Shown: one piece after another, positions 6,424 through 10,424 of the stretch
Position numbering within the stretch: the first letter of the stretch is position 1
How the letters are laid out: every line of letters starts with the position of its first letter
Source of the DNA: a virus
Lineage: Duplodnaviria; Heunggongvirae; Uroviricota; Caudoviricetes
Virus record (IMG/VR): IMGVR_UViG_2778261161_000006
Location: 1-10,424 of that record
Direction: 5' to 3' (one strand)
Length of the DNA stretch: 10,424 nt
Notes under the pieces: generated by a model
Seen by the model: only the letters and a program-made list of their open reading frames with translations
Database searches by the model: none
Told to the model about the DNA's origin: nothing
Translations under genes and position numbers: made by a program

Positions 6424-7501
6424 CAGGCTGCGGCATTTTGTCCGCGCCGGGCTTCGCTCACTGTTCAGGCCGGAGCCACAGACCGCCGTTGAATGGGCGG
6501 ATGCTAATTACTATCTCCCGAAAGAATCCGCATACCAGGAAGGGCGCTGGGAAACACTGCCCTTTCAGCGGGCCATCATGAATGCGATGGGCAGCGACTA
6601 CATCCGTGAGGTGAATGTGGTGAAGTCTGCCCGTGTCGGTTATTCCAAAATGCTGCTGGGTGTTTATGCCTACTTTATAGAGCATAAGCAGCGCAACACA
6701 CTTATCTGGTTGCCGACGGATGGTGATGCCGAGAACTTTATGAAAACCCACGTTGAGCCGACCATCCGCGATATTCCGTCGCTGCTGGCGCTGGCTCCGT
6801 GGTATGGCAAAAAGCACCGGGATAACACGCTCACTATGAAGCGTTTTTCCAATGGTCGTGGCTTCTGGTGCCTGGGCGGTAAAGCGGCAAAAAACTACCG
6901 TGAAAAGTCGGTGGATGTGGCGGGTTATGATGAACTTGCTGCCTTTGATGAGGATATTGAACAGGAAGGCTCTCCGACGTTCCTTGGCGACAAACGTATT
7001 GAAGGCTCGGTCTGGCCAAAGTCCATCCGTGGCTCCACGCCCAAAGTGAGAGGCACCTGCCAGATTGAGCGTGCAGCCAGTGAATCCCCGCATTTTATGC
7101 GTTTTCATGTTGCCTGCCCGCACTGCGGGGAGGAGCAGTATCTTAAATTTGGCGACAAAGAGACGCCGTTTGGCCTCAAATGGACGCCGGATGACCCCTC
7201 CAGCGTGTTTTATCTCTGCGAGCATAATGCCTGCGTCATCCGCCAGCAGGAGCTGGACTTTACTGATGCCCGTTATATCTGCGAAAAGACCGGGATCTGG
7301 ACCCGTGATGGCATTCTCTGGTTTTCGTCATCCGGTGTGACCGTGGAAACGGCCCGCCGCATTCTGGCAGCTGCACCACAGAGTGCACAGGCGCGCAGTG
7401 ACACTGCGCTGGATCGTCTGATGCAGGGGGCACCGGCACCGCTGGCTGCAGGTAACCCGGCATCTGATGCCGTTAACGATTTGCTGAACACACCAGTGTA
7501 A
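6398..7501 (+). pseudogene. A: Truncated terminase large subunit A (N-terminal ~313 aa) fused to ~54 codons from the 3' end of the gene preceding D (C/Nu3 region); deletion remnant
   Basis: MNISNSQVNRLRHFVRAGLRSLF… through …GILWFSSSG matches lambda gpA N-terminal half as recalled. Lambda A is about 641 aa, whereas this ORF is 367 aa. After the junction near 7336 the sequence (VTVETARRILAAAPQ…NDLLNTPV) is not gpA and runs straight into the D RBS. Confidence 0.85.
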
Positions 7502-7510
7502 GGGATGTTT

Positions 7511-7843
7511 ATGACGAGCAAAGAAACCTTTACCCATTACCAGCCGCTGGGCAACAGTGACCCGGCACATACGGCAACCGCGCCCGGCGGATTGAGTGCG
7601 AAAGCGCCTACAATGACCCCGCTGATGCTGGACACCTCCACCCGTAAGCTGGTTGTGTGGGATGGCACCACCGACGGTGCTGCCGTTGGCATTCTGGCGG
7701 TTGCTGCTGACCAGACCAGCACCACGCTGACGTTCTACAAGTCCGGCACGTTCCGTTATGAGGATGTGCTCTGGCCGGAGGCTGCCAGCGACGAGACGAA
7801 AAAGCGGACCGCGTTTGCCGGAACGGCAATCAGCATCGTTTAA
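7511..7843 (+). CDS. D: Head decoration protein D, intact, 110 aa
   Basis: [27 protein letters not shown]…TAISIV is near-identical to lambda gpD as recalled. RBS AAGGGA 5 nt upstream of ATG 7511. Confidence 0.92.
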   Translation: MTSKETFTHYQPLGNSDPAHTATAPGGLSAKAPTMTPLMLDTSTRKLVVWDGTTDGAAVGILAVAADQTSTTLTFYKSGTFRYEDVLWPEAASDETKKRTAFAGTAISIV

Positions 7844-7860
7844 CCTTACCCTTCATCACT

Positions 7861-7887
7861 AAAGGCCGCCTGTGCGGCTTTTTTTAC
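7861..7887 (+). terminator. Hairpin plus T-tract in the D-E intergenic region (intrinsic terminator/attenuator-like)
   Basis: AAAGGCCGCCTGTGCGGCTTTTTTT: GCCGC/GCGGC stem with flanking A/T pairing, followed by 7 T. Confidence 0.5.
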
Positions 7888-7898
7888 GGGATTTTTTT

Positions 7899-8405
7899 AT
7901 GTCGATGTACACAACCGCCCAGCTGCTGGCGGCAAATGAGAAGAAATTTAAGTTTGATCCGCTGTTTCTGCGTCTCTTTTTCCGTGAGAGCTATCCCTTC
8001 ACCACGGAGAAAGTCTATCTCTCACAAATTCCGGGACTGGTAAACATGGCGCTGTACGTTTCGCCGATTGTTTCCGGTGAGGTTATCCGCTCCCGTGGCG
8101 GCTCCACCTCTGAATTTACACCGGGATATGTCAAGCCGAAGCATGAGGTGAATCCGCAGATGACCCTGCGTCGCCTGCCGGATGAAGATCCACAGAATCT
8201 GGCGGACCCGGCTTACCGCCGCCGTCGCATCATCCTGCAGAACATGCGAGACGAAGAGCTGGCCATTGCTCAGGTCGAAGAGATGCAGGCCGTTTCTGCC
8301 GTGCTTAAGGGCAAATATACCATGACCGGTGAAGCCTTCGATCCGGTTGAAGTGGATAGAGGTCTTTTTAGAAGAAGGTCTCTCCGTTACTGCACCTGCT
8401 TCTGA
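7899..8405 (+). pseudogene. E: Truncated major capsid protein E (first ~153 codons of 341) followed by 15 out-of-context codons and a stop; deletion remnant
   Basis: MSMYTTAQLLAANEKKFKFDPLFLRLFFRESYPFTTEKVYLSQIPGLVNMALYV…EAFDPVEVD matches the lambda gpE N-terminus as recalled, then diverges at 8358 ([15 protein letters not shown]). Confidence 0.88.
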
Positions 8406-9840
8406 TTATATTGTTGCTGAAACGACTTATAAATTTGGCGCAACTGATCCTTATTCTGAATCAGTTGCGGTAAATTTAATTTTAGATTTTAAACAAGGTA
8501 ATGGATTTTATAGTTCGTATCCTGTTTTGAGTAAGTCAGACATTAGCGGGAATAAGATTTACGCTAATGATGAAGTTATTGTCCGTAGTCAGAACGCGTT
8601 AAGGATGATTGCAGGTGATTACGGTGTCATATGGCGAAATGATGGAGCAAATACTTACTTGCTCATGACTGATAAAGGCGACCAGTACGGTGGCTGGAAC
8701 GGTCTTCGACCATTTGCAGTAAATAACGCAACAGGTGAAGTGACGATCAATACATCACTTAATTCTCCTAAGGGGATTAAGGGAAATTCTGATACAGCTA
8801 CGAAACTTCAGACAGCAATAAAAATATCTGGTGTTTCGTTTGATGGTTCTACTGATATCACTTTAACCGCTGCGCATGTTGCTGCTTTTGCCAGAAGAGC
8901 AACGGATACGTATGCCGATGCGGATGGGGGCGTTCCCTGGAATGCCGAATCAGGCGCTTACAATGTCACTCGCTCTGGCGACAGCTATATTCTGGTTAAC
9001 TTCTATACCGGAGTCGGAAGTTGCCGGACCTTGCAGATGAAGGCGCATTACAGAAATGGTGGTCTGTTCTACCGTTCTTCAAGAGACGGTTATGGTTTTG
9101 AGGATGACTGGGCAGAAGTTTATACCTCGAAAAATCTTCCACCAGAAAGCTACCCAGTCGGCGCACCAATCCCGTGGCCATCAGATACCGTTCCGTCTGG
9201 TTATGCCCTGATGCAGGGGCAGACTTTTGACAAATCTGCCTACCCGAAACTTGCAGTCGCTTATCCGTCAGGCGTGATCCCTGATATGCGTGGCTGGACG
9301 ATTAAGGGCAAGCCCGCCAGTGGTCGTGCCGTATTGTCTCAGGAACAGGACGGCATTAAATCGCACACTCACAGCGCCAGCGCATCCAGTACGGATTTGG
9401 GTACGAAAACCACATCGTCGTTTGATTACGGCACTAAATCCACGAATAACACCGGGGCGCATACGCACAGTCTGAGCGGCTCTACAAGCTCGGCCGGAGC
9501 ACACTCGCACGTTGATGGTCGCAGGTTTAATACAAGCACTTTTAAAGACACCTATCAGTATGGTTCTACAGCTGTCGGAAGTAACTCATACCAGGTACAA
9601 GGGGCGGTTGGTCTGGGCATTGGCACGATGGCGAATACGAACTCTGCTGGCGCGCATACCCACTCACTGTCCGGCACTGCTGCAAGCGCAGGTGCACACG
9701 CACATACTGTCGGTATTGGTGCTCATACGCACTCCGTTGCGATTGGCTCACATGGACACACCATCACCGTTAACGCTGCTGGTAACGCGGAAAACACCGT
9801 CAAAAACATCGCATTTAACTATATTGTGAGGCTTGCATAA
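8359..9840 (+). pseudogene. stf: 5'-truncated side tail fibre gene (stf-like): non-lambda AT-rich central domain plus lambda Stf / T4 gp37-like C-terminal His-box domain
   Basis: Continuous frame from the junction to the stop, with no credible start of its own (the GTG at 8329 lies inside the E remnant in another frame). C-terminal ~230 aa ([71 protein letters not shown]…[11 protein letters not shown]) match lambda Stf as recalled. Confidence 0.8.
9361..9770 (+). repeat. Internal repeated His-box (HxH) motifs of the tail-fibre distal domain
   Basis: Repeated GAHTHSLSG(S/T)…AGAH(S/A)[18 protein letters not shown] and [11 protein letters not shown] segments within the stf-like ORF. Confidence 0.6.
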
Positions 9841-10424
9841 TGGCATTCAGAATGAGTGAACAAGCACGGACCATAAAAATTTATAATCTGCTGGCCGGAA
9901 CTAATGAATTTATTGGTGAAGGTGATGCATATATTCCGCCTCATACAGGTCTGCCAGCAAACAGTACCGATATTGCACCACCAGATATTCCTGCTGGCTT
10001 TGTGGCTGTTTTCAACAGTGATGAGGCATCGTGGCATCTCGTTGAAGACCATCGGGGTAAAACGGTTTATGACGTAGCGTCAGGGGACGCGTTATTTATT
10101 TCTGAACTCGGTCCGTTACCGGAAAATGTTACCTGGTTATCGCCGGAAGGGGAGTTTCAGAAGTGGAACGGCACAGCCTGGGTGAAAGATGCAGAAGCAG
10201 AAAAACTGTTCCGGATCCGGGAGGCGGAAGAAACAAAAAACAGCCTGATGCAGGTAGCCAGTGAGCATATTGCGCCACTTCAGGATGCTGTAGATCTGGA
10301 AATCGCAACGGAGGAAGAAACCTCATTGCTGGAAGCCTGGAAAAAGTATCGGGTGTTGCTGAACCGTGTTGATACATCAACTGCACCTGATATTGAGTGG
10401 CCTACGAACCCTGTCAGGGAGTAA
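9840..10424 (+). CDS. tfa: Tail fibre assembly protein Tfa, intact, 194 aa
   Basis: [54 protein letters not shown]… is near-identical to lambda Tfa as recalled. Start overlaps the stf stop (TAATG). Stop at 10422-10424. Confidence 0.9.
   Translation: MAFRMSEQARTIKIYNLLAGTNEFIGEGDAYIPPHTGLPANSTDIAPPDIPAGFVAVFNSDEASWHLVEDHRGKTVYDVASGDALFISELGPLPENVTWLSPEGEFQKWNGTAWVKDAEAEKLFRIREAEETKNSLMQVASEHIAPLQDAVDLEIATEEETSLLEAWKKYRVLLNRVDTSTAPDIEWPTNPVRE

Larger units (their letters stand above)
1..10424. mobile_element. Segment of a defective lambdoid prophage (DLP12-like): Q, lysis cassette, cos, terminase and capsid/tail-fibre remnants
   Basis: Gene order Q - nmpC - S - R - Rz/Rz1 - bor - ybcV - ybcW - ylcI - cos - Nu1 - A' - D - E' - stf' - tfa. 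Exact lambda cohesive-end sequence present. Several proteins near-identical to lambda Nu1, A, D, E, Rz, Rz1, Bor and Tfa as I recall them. Two deletion junctions inside structural genes. Confidence 0.9.

Noticed and set aside
5779-7829. Multiple ORFs overlapping or antisense to Nu1, A' and D (for example 5779-6318(-), 5997-6359(-), 6458-7225(-), 7065-7340(+), 7273-7521(-), 7608-7829(-))
   Set aside because: All are explained as alternative-frame or antisense artefacts of the GC-rich lambda-like coding sequence; the sense-strand genes match known terminase and capsid proteins.
8329-8358. GTG at 8329 as the start of the tail-fibre ORF (503 aa)
   Set aside because: These first 10 codons lie inside the lambda E remnant in a different frame, with no RBS. 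The tail-fibre coding sequence is a 5'-truncated fragment beginning at the deletion junction.
9268-10386. ORFs antisense to or out of frame within stf and tfa (9268-9510(-), 9290-9475(+), 9512-9829(+), 9566-9751(-), 9819-10052(-), 10129-10386(-))
   Set aside because: They overlap strongly supported tail-fibre and Tfa coding sequence; no independent support.
1-10424. Search for tRNA genes, CRISPR repeats and IS elements
   Set aside because: No GGTTCGAATCC-type T-loop with cloverleaf context, no regularly spaced direct repeats with unique spacers, and no terminal inverted repeats flanking a transposase ORF. The porin ORF is uninterrupted, so none is reported.

Overview
This window is the late (lysis-to-tail) region of a defective lambdoid prophage of the E. 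coli DLP12 type. All homology calls come from my recall of lambda, phage 21, T4 and K-12 DLP12 sequences, not from a database search. Left to right: the 3' end of an unidentified upstream ORF; late antiterminator Q; an intact OmpC/OmpF-family porin gene (nmpC/Lc-type) inserted antisense between Q and the lysis genes; a mosaic lysis cassette (phage-21-type dual-start pinholin and SAR endolysin, then lambda-type Rz with embedded Rz1); the Bor lipoprotein gene (antisense); an AT-rich cargo pair ybcV/ybcW; a small ribbon-helix-helix-like ORF (ylcI); a lambda-type cos site (cosN GGGCGGCGACCT plus cosB repeats); terminase small subunit Nu1; a truncated terminase large subunit A fused to the 3' end of the gene preceding D; intact decoration protein D; a truncated major capsid gene E joined to the 3' part of a mosaic side-tail-fibre gene; and an intact tail-fibre assembly gene tfa. 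Two internal deletion junctions (near 7336 and 8357) have removed the portal, protease/scaffold and whole tail module, so the element cannot make particles. I see no CRISPR array, tRNA, rRNA, IS element or recognisable defence system. The best candidates for anything undescribed are the AT-rich ybcV/ybcW/ylcI cargo between bor and cos, the non-lambda central domain of the tail-fibre remnant, and repeated motifs upstream of nmpC; none is established as a new system from sequence alone.
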